Shown: piece after piece, positions 56,319-64,000 of the stretch
How positions within the stretch are numbered: position 1 is the first letter of the stretch
Layout of the letters: every line of letters begins with the position of its first letter
NCBI GenBank assembly: GCA_050011555.1
Contig: JBEKIT010000002.1
Coordinates: 22,253-86,252 of the forward strand
Direction: 5' to 3'
Length of the DNA: 64,000 nucleotides
Origin: Candidatus Dormibacteria bacterium
GTDB taxonomy: Bacteria > Chloroflexota > Dormibacteria > Aeolococcales > Aeolococcaceae
The notes under the pieces: model-generated
Database searches by the model: none
Told to the model about the DNA's origin: nothing
What the model saw: the letters and a program-made list of their open reading frames with translations, nothing else
Position numbers and translations under genes: made by a program

Positions 56319-59300
56319 GTGATGCGCATCTGTCCCAGCTGCGGAGAGGAGAACCCCGAGAGGTTCCGCCTCTGCGGCTTCTGCGGCGTCCCCCTTGCCG
56401 CTCCGGCACCGCCCCAGGAGGTCCGGAAGACCGTCACCGTGGTCTTCTCCGATCTCAGGGGCTCCACCGCGCTCGGAGAGAGGCTCGACAGCGAGGCCGT
56501 GCGCGAGGTCCTGGACGCGTACTTCACCGAGATGCGCGGTGTCCTCGAGCGCCACGGGGGGGTGGTGGAGAAGTACGTCGGCGACGCCATCATGGCCGTC
56601 TTCGGTCTGCCCCGCCTCCACGAGGACGACGCCCTGCGTGCCGTCCGGGCCGCCCACGAGATGCGAGCCGCCCTGGCCAACGTCAACCGGCGCCTCGAGG
56701 ATCGGTGGGGAGTCCGGTTGGAGAACCGCACCGGGGTCAACACCGGTGAGGTGGTCGCCGGCGACCATGCCGGCGGGCAGCGGCTGGTGACCGGGGACAC
56801 CGTCAACGTGGCCGCCCGGCTGGAGCAGGCGGCGCCTCCGCTCGAGGTCCTGATCGGCGAGCCCACCTACCGGATGGTGCGCAACGCCGTCGAGGTGGAG
56901 GCGCTGCCGCCGCTGGAGCTCAGGGGGAAGTCCCGGCGCATCCCCGCCTACCGGCTGCTCGGGGTCAGCCGGGGGGACGGCGTCGCCCGCCGGGCCGACA
57001 CTCCGCTGGTCGGCCGCGCCGAGGAGCTGGCCGTCCTCTCCGCCGCGCTGGAGCGGTCGGCGAGGAGCCGGCGGCCGGAGCTGGTGACCCTGCTCGCGCC
57101 CGCGGGCACCGGGAAGTCCCGGCTGCTCCACGAGTTCGTGAGCGGGGCGGCGGGCGGGGCACGGGTGCTGCGTGGACGCTGCCTCTCCTACGGGGAGGGG
57201 ATCACCTTCTGGCCGCTGGCCGAGATCGCTCGCGATGCGGCCGGCATCGCCGAGGACGAGCCGGTCGACCAGGCCCGCTCCAGGCTCACCGCCCTGCTCG
57301 GCGAGGAGGCGGCCGACGTCGCCGCCCGGCTGGCATCGGTCATGGGGCTGTCCGAGGCCGCCTACCCCGTTCACGAGACCTTCTGGGCGGCCCGGCGGCT
57401 GCTCGAGACCGTGGCCCGGGACGGGCCGGTCGTGACCGTGATCGAGGACATCCATTGGGCCGAGGCCACCTTCCTCGACCTGATCGCCCACGTGGCCGAG
57501 AACGGGGAGGACGCCGCGCTGGTCCTCCTCTGCACCTCCCGGCCCGAGCTGCTCGAACTCCGGCCCGCCTGGCGGGAGGAGCGCGCCCGGGCGACCACCA
57601 TCTCGCTCCGCCCCCTCAGCGACGCGGAGAGCGCCGAGGTGGTGAGCGGCCTGCTCGGCGAGGTGACGCTGGCGGCCGGGCCCCGGCGCCGGATCATCGA
57701 GGCGGCCCAGGGGAACCCGCTCTTCGTCGAGCAGATGGTGTCGATGATGATCGACGACGGCCTGATCCGCCGCGCGGGCGGTGGCTGGGTGGCGAGCACC
57801 GACCTCGGCGCGCTCGCCGTGCCGCCCAGCATCAGCGCCCTGCTCGCGGCCCGGCTGGACCGGCTCGCCCCCGCGGAGCGGGCGGTGCTGGAGCGCGGCG
57901 CGGTGATCGGCCAGGTCTTCTACCTGGGAGCGGTCGAGGCCCTCTGCCCGGAGGCGGTGCGCCGCGACGTCCGGGCCCACCTCGACAGCCTGGCCCGGCG
58001 CGAGCTGGTGAGTCCCACCGAGTCCACCCTGGCCGGGCAGGATGCATTCAGGTTCCAGCACGTCCTGATCCGGGATGCCGCCTACCAGGGGCTGCTGAAG
58101 CGGACCCGCGCCGAGCTCCATGAGGGCTTCGCGGAGTGGTTGGAGGCCCGCGCCGGCGACCACCCCGGCGACCACGAGGAGATCCGCGGCTACCACCTGG
58201 AGCAGAGCGTGCTCTCCCTGGCGCAGCTCGGCCCGCTCGACGCGCACGCGGCCGCGCTGGCGGCGCGCGCCGCGGGCTACCTGGCCGACGCCGGGGAGCT
58301 GGCCCGCGCCAGAGGGGACATGCCGGCGGCGTCGAGCCTCCTCCGCCGCGCCGCGGCCCTGACCCCCGACTCCCCGGCATCTCCCCGGTGGCTTCTGCAC
58401 GCCGGCGAGGCGCTCGGCGAGATGGGCACCTTCTCGGCCGCCGACGAGGTGCTGTCGAGGGCCGCCGAGCGGGCCGCCGAGGACGGCGAGCGTGCCCTCG
58501 CCGCCACCGCCGCGGTGGTCGCCCGGATGTGGCGGTTCCTCGCCAATCCCGAGGCCGCCCCGGCGGTGCAGGTGGCGGAGGCCGCCCGCACGGCGATCGC
58601 CGAGCTCGAGCGGCTGGAGGCCCACGAGGGGCTGGCCCGCGCCTGGAAGCTGATGATGTATGTCCACTTCTACGAGGGCCGTTTCAGCCCCGCGGAGGAG
58701 TGCGTGACCCGCGCCCTGCGCCACGCCGAGCTGGCCCAGGACAAGGTCTTCGAGGTCCGGCTGCTCTCCGCCCTCGCCTCCTGCCTCGTCTACAGCGCCA
58801 CCTCCGCCGCCGAGGCCCTGGACCGATGCCGCGACCTCCTGGAGCGAGGAGCCGGGGATCGGCGCACCGAGGCGATGACCCTCTCGGCGATGAGCCACCT
58901 GGAGGCGATGCGGGGGGACGCGGAGGGTGCTCGCGAGCACTACCGGCGGAGCCGGGCGATGCTGACTGATCTCGGCTTCACCCTCAGCGCGGCGATCACC
59001 TCGCTGCACTCCGGCCCGGCGGAGGTACTGGCCGGAGACCTCGAGCGGGCGGAGGCCGAGCTCCGCGCCGACTACGAGACCCTCCAGGCGATGGGCGACA
59101 CGGGCTACACGCCCTCCGTGGCGGCGCTCCTCGCCGAGGTCCTGCACGCGCAGGGTCGCGACCGGGAGGCCGGGGAGCTCGCGGAGGTCTGCCGCCAGAA
59201 GGCGTCACCGCAGGATGTGGGTGCGCAGTACCAGTGGCGGAGCATCCGGGCGAGGCTGCTCGCCGTCGAGGGCCAGACGGCCGAGGCGGAGGCCCTCGCC

Positions 59301-59534
59301 CGCGAGAGCGTGCGCCTGATCTCGACCACCGACCAGCCGGACATCCAGGGGCAGGCGCTGGCCGGGCTGGCCGAGGTCCTGGAGGCGGCCGGCAAGGGTG
59401 CAGCCGCCGCCGCGTCGCTGCGGTATGCGCTGACGCTCTTCGAGACCAAGGGCAACGAGGTCGCCGCAGCCCGCGCCCGGGGGGAGCTGGCGCGGCTCAC
59501 CACCGCGCCTGCGGGCAGTTCGCGGCAGGTGTAG
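56319..59534 (+). CDS. Multidomain signalling protein: N-terminal zinc ribbon, class III adenylate/guanylate cyclase domain, AAA/NB-ARC-like ATPase, and C-terminal TPR repeats
   Basis: CPSCGEENPERFRLCGFCG. Cyclase core ..TVVFSDLRGSTAL..KYVGDAIMAVFG..GVNTGEVVAG... P-loop LLAPAGTGKSRLL. Long helical TPR-like C-terminus. Confidence 0.75.
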   Translation: MMRICPSCGEENPERFRLCGFCGVPLAAPAPPQEVRKTVTVVFSDLRGSTALGERLDSEAVREVLDAYFTEMRGVLERHGGVVEKYVGDAIMAVFGLPRLHEDDALRAVRAAHEMRAALANVNRRLEDRWGVRLENRTGVNTGEVVAGDHAGGQRLVTGDTVNVAARLEQAAPPLEVLIGEPTYRMVRNAVEVEALPPLELRGKSRRIPAYRLLGVSRGDGVARRADTPLVGRAEELAVLSAALERSARSRRPELVTLLAPAGTGKSRLLHEFVSGAAGGARVLRGRCLSYGEGITFWPLAEIARDAAGIAEDEPVDQARSRLTALLGEEAADVAARLASVMGLSEAAYPVHETFWAARRLLETVARDGPVVTVIEDIHWAEATFLDLIAHVAENGEDAALVLLCTSRPELLELRPAWREERARATTISLRPLSDAESAEVVSGLLGEVTLAAGPRRRIIEAAQGNPLFVEQMVSMMIDDGLIRRAGGGWVASTDLGALAVPPSISALLAARLDRLAPAERAVLERGAVIGQVFYLGAVEALCPEAVRRDVRAHLDSLARRELVSPTESTLAGQDAFRFQHVLIRDAAYQGLLKRTRAELHEGFAEWLEARAGDHPGDHEEIRGYHLEQSVLSLAQLGPLDAHAAALAARAAGYLADAGELARARGDMPAASSLLRRAAALTPDSPASPRWLLHAGEALGEMGTFSAADEVLSRAAERAAEDGERALAATAAVVARMWRFLANPEAAPAVQVAEAARTAIAELERLEAHEGLARAWKLMMYVHFYEGRFSPAEECVTRALRHAELAQDKVFEVRLLSALASCLVYSATSAAEALDRCRDLLERGAGDRRTEAMTLSAMSHLEAMRGDAEGAREHYRRSRAMLTDLGFTLSAAITSLHSGPAEVLAGDLERAEAELRADYETLQAMGDTGYTPSVAALLAEVLHAQGRDREAGELAEVCRQKASPQDVGAQYQWRSIRARLLAVEGQTAEAEALARESVRLISTTDQPDIQGQALAGLAEVLEAAGKGAAAAASLRYALTLFETKGNEVAAARARGELARLTTAPAGSSRQV

Positions 59535-59635
59535 TGGGGGTGGGGGTCACCTTCCTGCGGCGCCGGGCCGGGCTGCCTGCCGGTCACCTCCTCGCCGGCG
59601 TGGCCCGCCATGCCCGCCGCACGTCCCAGGGATTT

Positions 59636-59652
59636 AGGACAGAAACTGTCCT
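59636..59652. repeat. Perfect 7-bp/3-nt-spacer palindrome AGGACAGaaaCTGTCCT in an unusually AT-rich patch
   Basis: Read directly. The surrounding sequence gatttAGGACAGaaaCTGTCCTcaaccac contrasts with the ~70% GC background. Confidence 0.4.
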
Positions 59653-59811
59653 CAACCACTGGACCCGGGGGCGCAGCCGATGGCATGGTCCGGAGACGCC
59701 GGTCGCCGGGGGAGGCGGGGGGGCGGGCTCCCGGCGGTCGCCTCCGGCCGGCAAGGGCTGCCCTGAGGACGCCGGTGGCCAGCCCGGGCGAGGGGCCAGC
59801 GCGCCCCTGTG

Positions 59812-59865
59812 ACTACCAAGATTCCACGCCCGGGACTACCAATCTCACGCAGCCTTGTCTGGCGG
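59812..59865. repeat. Left copy of an imperfect direct repeat with iteron-like ~20-mers (ACTACCAAgaTTcCACGCC, ACTACCAATCTCACGCAGCC)
   Basis: ACTACCAATCTCACGCAGCC at 59835-59854 is identical to 61260-61279. The flanking units are related. Confidence 0.5.
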
Positions 59866-59929
59866 CCTCACGCGGCCGGCGCGATTCCGGCCCGCGCGGT
59901 CGTGGCGTGGGCCGCGGCGGCTGCGCCGC

Positions 59930-61186
59930 TCATGCCCAGAGCGCACACAGGGGAATGGCGTAGACACGCTCGCCGAGCTGGTAGAGGCCCGGTCCGCTGT
60001 GCATCACCGCACCGGCGAGGAAGCCGTCGCGGAGCTCCTTACGCAACCAGAAGAGGTGCCGCGCGTCGTCGCTGCCCGGCGCCGAACCTGCCTTGAACTC
60101 GAAGGCGACCACACGCCCGGCGCCAACCTCGACGACGAGATCGACCTCATGGCGTCCCGCCTCGAGCCGCAGGTGGTGCAGCACCGGGTGGGTTTGGCTG
60201 AGCGCGATCTCAGCCCGCAGCTGAGCGACTGCAAGCGCATCGAAGTAACGTCCGAGGAGGTCCGCATCATCGAGGATGGCCGATGCCGGCAGGTCGGCGG
60301 CGATGGCGGCCAGTCCGCTGTCCACCAGATACCTCTTGCCCTGCTTGACGAGCCGGCTCAGCCGGTTGCTGGCCCAGGCCGGGACCACATCCAGCACGTA
60401 GAGGTTCTTGAGCAGCTGGTCGTATCCGGCGGCCGTCTTGGCATTCACCTCCGCGCTCCGGTAGAGGGAGGCGTCCGACGGCAGGCCGGCATTGTGGAGT
60501 GCCAGGACGTGCACATAGCGGCGCAGCTTCGCCGGGTCCTTGGCGGAGTCCACGAGCGCTGCGTCGCGGGTGACGAGGTCGTCGAGGTAGCTCTCCAGCC
60601 AGATGCCCCGCGCCCTCTCGGTGGGGTGGCGATAGGCGACCTCGGGAAAGCCCCCACGGAGCGCCCTGGCAACGTAGCCGTCGATGGCCGGTGGTTCGGC
60701 ACCGCCGCTGAGATCATCGAGCCCGCCTCTGGTCAGGCGATCGATGAACGACGGCCGTCCGACCGAGACGCGCTCGGCCAGCTCGCGCTCCACCACCGGG
60801 TGCATGGTCATCCGCACGACACGTCCCGTTCCGGCCCAGGTCTCTCGGAAGAGCTCGGCTCTGACGCTCCCGGTGAGGACGAACTGACCTGGCGTTGAAT
60901 CCCGGTTGACGGCGCGCTTCACGGCGGCGAGGACCTCGGGGACCTTCTGCCATTCGTCGATGAGCAACGGGCGGCTCGCACGCCGGAGGGCCGCGTCGGG
61001 GTCGGCCCGGTACGCAGAGGCGACGCCGGGCACTTCGAGCCCCGCGATCTCCGCGACCTGCTGAGCAGCGGTTGTGGTCTTTCCCGCCCCGCGGGCACCT
61101 GTGATCATTACGGCGGGGAACTCGGCGAGCAACCCGGCGAGCTGCGAGTCCACCATCCGCGGTCGGTAGACGCCACCGTCCATCAT
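59930..61186 (-). CDS. AAA-family ATPase with a DUF4143-type C-terminal domain
   Basis: Walker A ..ITGARGAGKTT... ..LLIDEWQKVPEVL... C-terminal ..HEVDLVVEVGAGRVVAFEFKAG.. (DUF4143-like). Confidence 0.65.
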   Translation of the reverse strand: MMDGGVYRPRMVDSQLAGLLAEFPAVMITGARGAGKTTTAAQQVAEIAGLEVPGVASAYRADPDAALRRASRPLLIDEWQKVPEVLAAVKRAVNRDSTPGQFVLTGSVRAELFRETWAGTGRVVRMTMHPVVERELAERVSVGRPSFIDRLTRGGLDDLSGGAEPPAIDGYVARALRGGFPEVAYRHPTERARGIWLESYLDDLVTRDAALVDSAKDPAKLRRYVHVLALHNAGLPSDASLYRSAEVNAKTAAGYDQLLKNLYVLDVVPAWASNRLSRLVKQGKRYLVDSGLAAIAADLPASAILDDADLLGRYFDALAVAQLRAEIALSQTHPVLHHLRLEAGRHEVDLVVEVGAGRVVAFEFKAGSAPGSDDARHLFWLRKELRDGFLAGAVMHSGPGLYQLGERVYAIPLCALWA

Positions 61187-61213
61187 CGGTCCGGGGACGC
61201 CTCGGCGAGGAGC

Positions 61214-61290
61214 ACTACCAACTTCACACGCAGTATGATACCAAGATTACGCAGCTCAGACTACCAATCTCACGCAGCCATGGCTGCCAG
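61214..61290. repeat. Right copy of the direct repeat: three iteron-like units (61214-61233, 61239-61256, 61260-61279)
   Basis: ACTACCAACTTCACACGCAG / ATACCAAGATTACGCAGC / ACTACCAATCTCACGCAGCC. AT-rich relative to the genome. Confidence 0.5.
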
Positions 61291-61504
61291 GCGACGAGGT
61301 CACTCCGACCGACGCCGGTCCGTCAGCCCGAAAGCGGGCCGACGCGGTGAGCAAGGCCCATATCCCCTCACCCATGCGGCGCGGGAGTCCGGCGCAGCTG
61401 ATCGCGTAGTCCGGAGACGCCTGGCCGATCGTCGGCCGCGGCGCGAGGTGGACCGTCCGCGCGGGACTCTTGGGGGACGCAGCGACCGGCCGGTCGAGAC
61501 CCGA

Positions 61505-61867
61505 TCAGGTGAGCCGGATCGGGTCGGTGGTGAGCGGGCTGGGAGTGTCGCCCGTGTTCACCGTCGTCCGCGGCTCGACGAGCAGCACCTCCGCCCCGTC
61601 GGGCGACACGGGCTGATGGCGCCGGCCTCGTGGCACCACGAAGAGCTGGCCCGGGCCGAGCGCGACCTCGTCGTCGTCCAGCCTGATCACCAGCCTGCCG
61701 GAGAGGACCAGGAACATCTCGTCCGTCTCCGGGTGGGCGTGCTCGGTGAACTCGCCACGAGTCTTGACCACCCGGATGTCGTAGTCGTTGAGCGCGGCCA
61801 CGGTGCGCGGCCTCCACGGCTCCGCGAACGAGGCGAGCAGGGTGGCGAGGTCGATGGCGTCAGCCAT
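61505..61867 (-). CDS. Cupin domain protein (about 120 aa)
   Basis: ATG at 61867. Cupin motifs ..HAHPETDEMFLVLSG.. and ..PRGRRHQP... The upstream extension of the track ORF overlaps the dehydrogenase gene. Confidence 0.5.
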   Translation of the reverse strand: MADAIDLATLLASFAEPWRPRTVAALNDYDIRVVKTRGEFTEHAHPETDEMFLVLSGRLVIRLDDDEVALGPGQLFVVPRGRRHQPVSPDGAEVLLVEPRTTVNTGDTPSPLTTDPIRLT

Positions 61868-62972
61868 GCGCCGCCCCGGTGGAGGTGAGCGGACCGACGC
61901 CGAGCGAGCGCCAGACCTCGAGCTTAGCGCCGACCGCCTCGATGACCGCGCCGGTGAACTGGTCGGTGAGGGCGTTGCCCCCCAGGTCGGCGGTGCGGGT
62001 GCCGTGCCGCACCGTCTCGAATACGGCTTCGTAGATCGCCCGCGAAGCCAGGCGGACCTCGTCGCCAGGCATGAAGCCGAGGACGGAGGCACAGGCGAGG
62101 ATCATCGCCATGGGGTTGGCCAGGTTCTTGCCCTGGAGCGCGGGGGCGGTGCCGTGCGGGGCCTCCGCCATCACCACGCTGGGGTTGAGCGAGTCGCCGG
62201 TGAAGCCGATCAGCACCGACTCCGCACCGGCGATCGATCCGAAGAGCCCGAGCACCAGGTCGCTCATGCAGTCCCCGTCCCGGTTCAGGGTCGGGACCAC
62301 CACGGCGTCTCCCCCCTGGTTGAGCAGCAGGGCGTAGGTCGCGTCGATGAGCTGCGGCTCGTACTCCACCTCGGGATGGCGGGCCGCCGCGGCGTCCATC
62401 TCCTCCTTGAGCATCCCCTCGTACACCGGCGAGACCGTGTACTTGGGACCGCCGAAGACGCGGGCGCGGGTGCGCCCGGCGTGGACGAAGGCGAACTCGG
62501 ACACCTCCCGGCAGATCGCCCTCGAGATCCGTTCGGTGCGGAAGGCGACCTCGTCGTCGCCCGACCCCTCCCTCCACTCCTTGGCCCCGTAGGCGTCGTC
62601 CACGGCCATCCGCACCACGCTGATCGGGGCGCTGACCCCGGCGATCGGCACCACTCCGGGGATCCGGCGACCGGTGCGGAGGATCACCGTCCCGCCGACC
62701 TCGGCGCGGAGGATCGCATTGGGGCTGCCCACGTCACCCTGTCCCTCGGGGGTGACGGTGGCCGCCTTGAGCCCGTAGCCCGTCTCCCGCATCGCCCGGC
62801 TGGCCTCGAAGACCACCTGGTTCCGCGTGGCGCGCCGGTTCTCCAGGCCCAGGTCGTGGTGACGCAGCTCGACGGATGTGCCGATCACGGCCGGGTCGAG
62901 CACCCGCAGCGCCTCGACGAGCAGCTCCTCGCCGGTCTGGTCGCCGTGGAGAACCTCGAGGGCAATGGGCAT
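61860..62972 (-). CDS. Isocitrate/isopropylmalate dehydrogenase family (beta-decarboxylating dehydrogenase)
   Basis: ..NRDGDCMSDL.. (the family N-x-Y/F-GD-I-x-SD motif) and overall IDH/IPMDH/tartrate-DH-like similarity. The substrate is not assignable. Confidence 0.7.
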   Translation of the reverse strand: MPIALEVLHGDQTGEELLVEALRVLDPAVIGTSVELRHHDLGLENRRATRNQVVFEASRAMRETGYGLKAATVTPEGQGDVGSPNAILRAEVGGTVILRTGRRIPGVVPIAGVSAPISVVRMAVDDAYGAKEWREGSGDDEVAFRTERISRAICREVSEFAFVHAGRTRARVFGGPKYTVSPVYEGMLKEEMDAAAARHPEVEYEPQLIDATYALLLNQGGDAVVVPTLNRDGDCMSDLVLGLFGSIAGAESVLIGFTGDSLNPSVVMAEAPHGTAPALQGKNLANPMAMILACASVLGFMPGDEVRLASRAIYEAVFETVRHGTRTADLGGNALTDQFTGAVIEAVGAKLEVWRSLGVGPLTSTGAAHG

Positions 62973-63052
62973 CTCAGAGGCAATCTACCAGCCGGGCGGC
63001 CGGCACCGGCGCGCCCGACGGTCCTGGCATCAAGCCATATTGATGCTAATAT

Positions 63053-63328
63053 GTGTCGATGGCAAGGACAACTCTCGACCTGCCCGACGACCTGATGCGG
63101 GCTGTCCGGATCCGCGCCGTCAATGAGGGGCACCGGCTCAAGGACGTGATCGCCGACCTGATCCGGCGCGGGCTGGCCGGCGAGCCCGGGGCCACCGGCG
63201 CGGGGCCACGGCGGGTTCAGCTCCCCCTGGTGATCTGCGCGCATCCCGCCCGTCCCGGGGAGGAGCTGACCCCGGAGCGGGTCGCCCAGCTCCTGGTGGC
63301 GGAGGAGGGGGAGACCGCGGCGTCGTGA
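63053..63328 (+). CDS. vapB: Type II antitoxin (VapB-like)
   Basis: Small 91-aa protein immediately upstream of, and overlapping (GTGA), a PIN-domain gene. N-terminus MARTTLDLPDDLMRAVRIRAV.. is typical of VapB/RHH-type antitoxins. Confidence 0.6.
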   Translation: MSMARTTLDLPDDLMRAVRIRAVNEGHRLKDVIADLIRRGLAGEPGATGAGPRRVQLPLVICAHPARPGEELTPERVAQLLVAEEGETAAS

Positions 63329-63762
63329 ACCTCTGCGACGTCAACATCTGGCTGGCGCTGACCCTCTCCGGCCACCCGCACGCCGCGGCGGCGCGGCGCT
63401 GGTTCGAAGGGGAGGCGGCTCCCGGAGGCATCCTCTTCTGCCGGGCGACCCAGCGGGCCTACCTCCGGTTGCTCACCAACCCGGCGGTGCTGGCACCCTA
63501 CGGCAACCTGCCGCTCACCAACCGGGCCGCCTGGTCCGCCTACCAGGCTCTCCGCGCCGACGATCGGGTGATGCTCCGGGCGGACGAGCCTCCCGGGCTC
63601 GAGGGGCGCTGGCGGGAGCTGGCAACCCGGGACGCCGCCTCGCCGAAGCTCTGGATGGACGCCTACCTCGCCGCCTTCGCGCTGTCCGCGGGCTGCCGGA
63701 TGGTGACGACGGACGCCGCGTTCCGGCAGTTCCCGGGTCTGGACCTCCTGCTCATCGGCTGA
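63325..63762 (+). CDS. vapC: PIN-domain ribonuclease toxin VapC
   Basis: GTG start. ..LCDVNIWLAL.. (first acidic residue), ..LWMDAYLAAFA.. and ..VTTDAAF.., consistent with the PIN-domain acidic residues. Confidence 0.65.
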   Translation: MNLCDVNIWLALTLSGHPHAAAARRWFEGEAAPGGILFCRATQRAYLRLLTNPAVLAPYGNLPLTNRAAWSAYQALRADDRVMLRADEPPGLEGRWRELATRDAASPKLWMDAYLAAFALSAGCRMVTTDAAFRQFPGLDLLLIG

Positions 63763-63830
63763 GCGACGGCTGAGCTGTGCTCGCCGGCCGAGCGGCAGCC
63801 CAAACTCGAGCCCGGGTCCGGGGGTGTCGC

Positions 63831-64000
63831 TCAGGTCGCCGGGCCGTACACCCAGGTGTCGGCGATGTCGGCGATGGTGTTGACGGAGCCCCCGAACAGC
63901 AGCACCTGACCGCTGGCGGCGTCGTAGGCCATCTGCGCGTAGAAGCGCGCCGGGGGGGACGTGGCGGGGTGGAGCTGCCTCCACCCGCCACCGCTCCAGG
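63831..64000 (-). CDS. Partial (C-terminal) Kelch-repeat protein, paralogous to the C-terminus of the giant protein
   Basis: The minus-strand translation ends ..QLHPATSPPARFYAQMAYDAASGQVLLFGGSVNTIADIADTWVYGPAT*. This closely matches the Kelch-like repeats at 31.2-32.1 kb (..QLSPATSPPGRDRASMATLNAGPDAGDVVLFGG...DTWIL). Confidence 0.4.
   Translation of the reverse strand, partial: WSGGGWRQLHPATSPPARFYAQMAYDAASGQVLLFGGSVNTIADIADTWVYGPAT

Noticed and set aside
59610-59963. 117-aa ORF in the repeat-containing intergenic region
   Set aside because: It is Arg/Gly/Pro low-complexity, spans the AT-rich repeats, and has no start context. It is likely non-coding.
59534-61505. A tRNA or tmRNA gene as the integration target next to the direct repeats
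   Set aside because: No cloverleaf-compatible sequence is present in 59534-59930 or 61187-61505: no GTTCGA-type T-arm and no CCA-adjacent acceptor stem.

Overview
A 64-kb window from a very high-GC genome, roughly 70% GC or more, with dense overlapping open frames in all six frames. The organism is probably Actinobacteria (possibly Thermoleophilia or Rubrobacteria) or Chloroflexi; this is an inference only. Many entries in the six-frame track are therefore artefacts. Genes were picked by recognisable protein families, start and stop coupling, signal peptides and internal consistency.

The window has three parts.

(1) 0-44 kb is a cell-envelope glycan island. On the minus strand it carries a translationally coupled dTDP-L-rhamnose operon, rmlA-rmlC-rmlB-rmlD, running straight into a GT4 glycosyltransferase. 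A second minus-strand operon at 32.3-40.1 kb encodes a methyltransferase, a 1270-aa trifunctional methyltransferase-GT2-GT-B enzyme (architecture like the WsaE/WsaF S-layer rhamnan enzymes of Geobacillus), and two more GT2 enzymes. At 0-4.7 kb there are three polytopic membrane proteins, one of them PMT/ArnT-like (GT-C). Between and around these operons sit seven large secreted proteins of 700-2343 aa. All seven share a previously unrecognised module: three tandem copies of a roughly 110-130-aa domain that almost always ends the protein with the motif GWFQ. The module is fused to unrelated N-terminal domains: a sedolisin S53 peptidase, a PQQ-like beta-propeller, a DUF1906/GH25-like domain, 'DCWAVG' beta-propellers, IPT/TIG and Ig-like repeats, and Kelch repeats. 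A CHAP amidase is also present. The module occurs in at least three sequence subfamilies with about 85-90% identical copies. I interpret it as a candidate cell-wall or glycan anchoring cassette, analogous to SLH triplets or the CWB2 triplets of the C. difficile Cwp family. This is hypothesis, not established.

(2) 46-54 kb is Fe-S cluster biogenesis: an IscS-like desulfurase, an Rrf2 regulator with a candidate IscR-type operator, then sufC-sufB-sufD, a Rieske ferredoxin and sufS. SufB is interrupted by a 341-aa LAGLIDADG intein.

(3) 54-64 kb holds signalling and accessory genes: a cNMP-binding protein, a zinc-ribbon adenylate cyclase fused to an AAA ATPase and TPR repeats, a DUF4143 ATPase flanked by AT-rich iteron-like direct repeats, a cupin, an IDH/IPMDH-family dehydrogenase, a VapBC toxin-antitoxin pair, and a partial Kelch-repeat gene.

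No rRNA, tRNA or CRISPR array was recognised.
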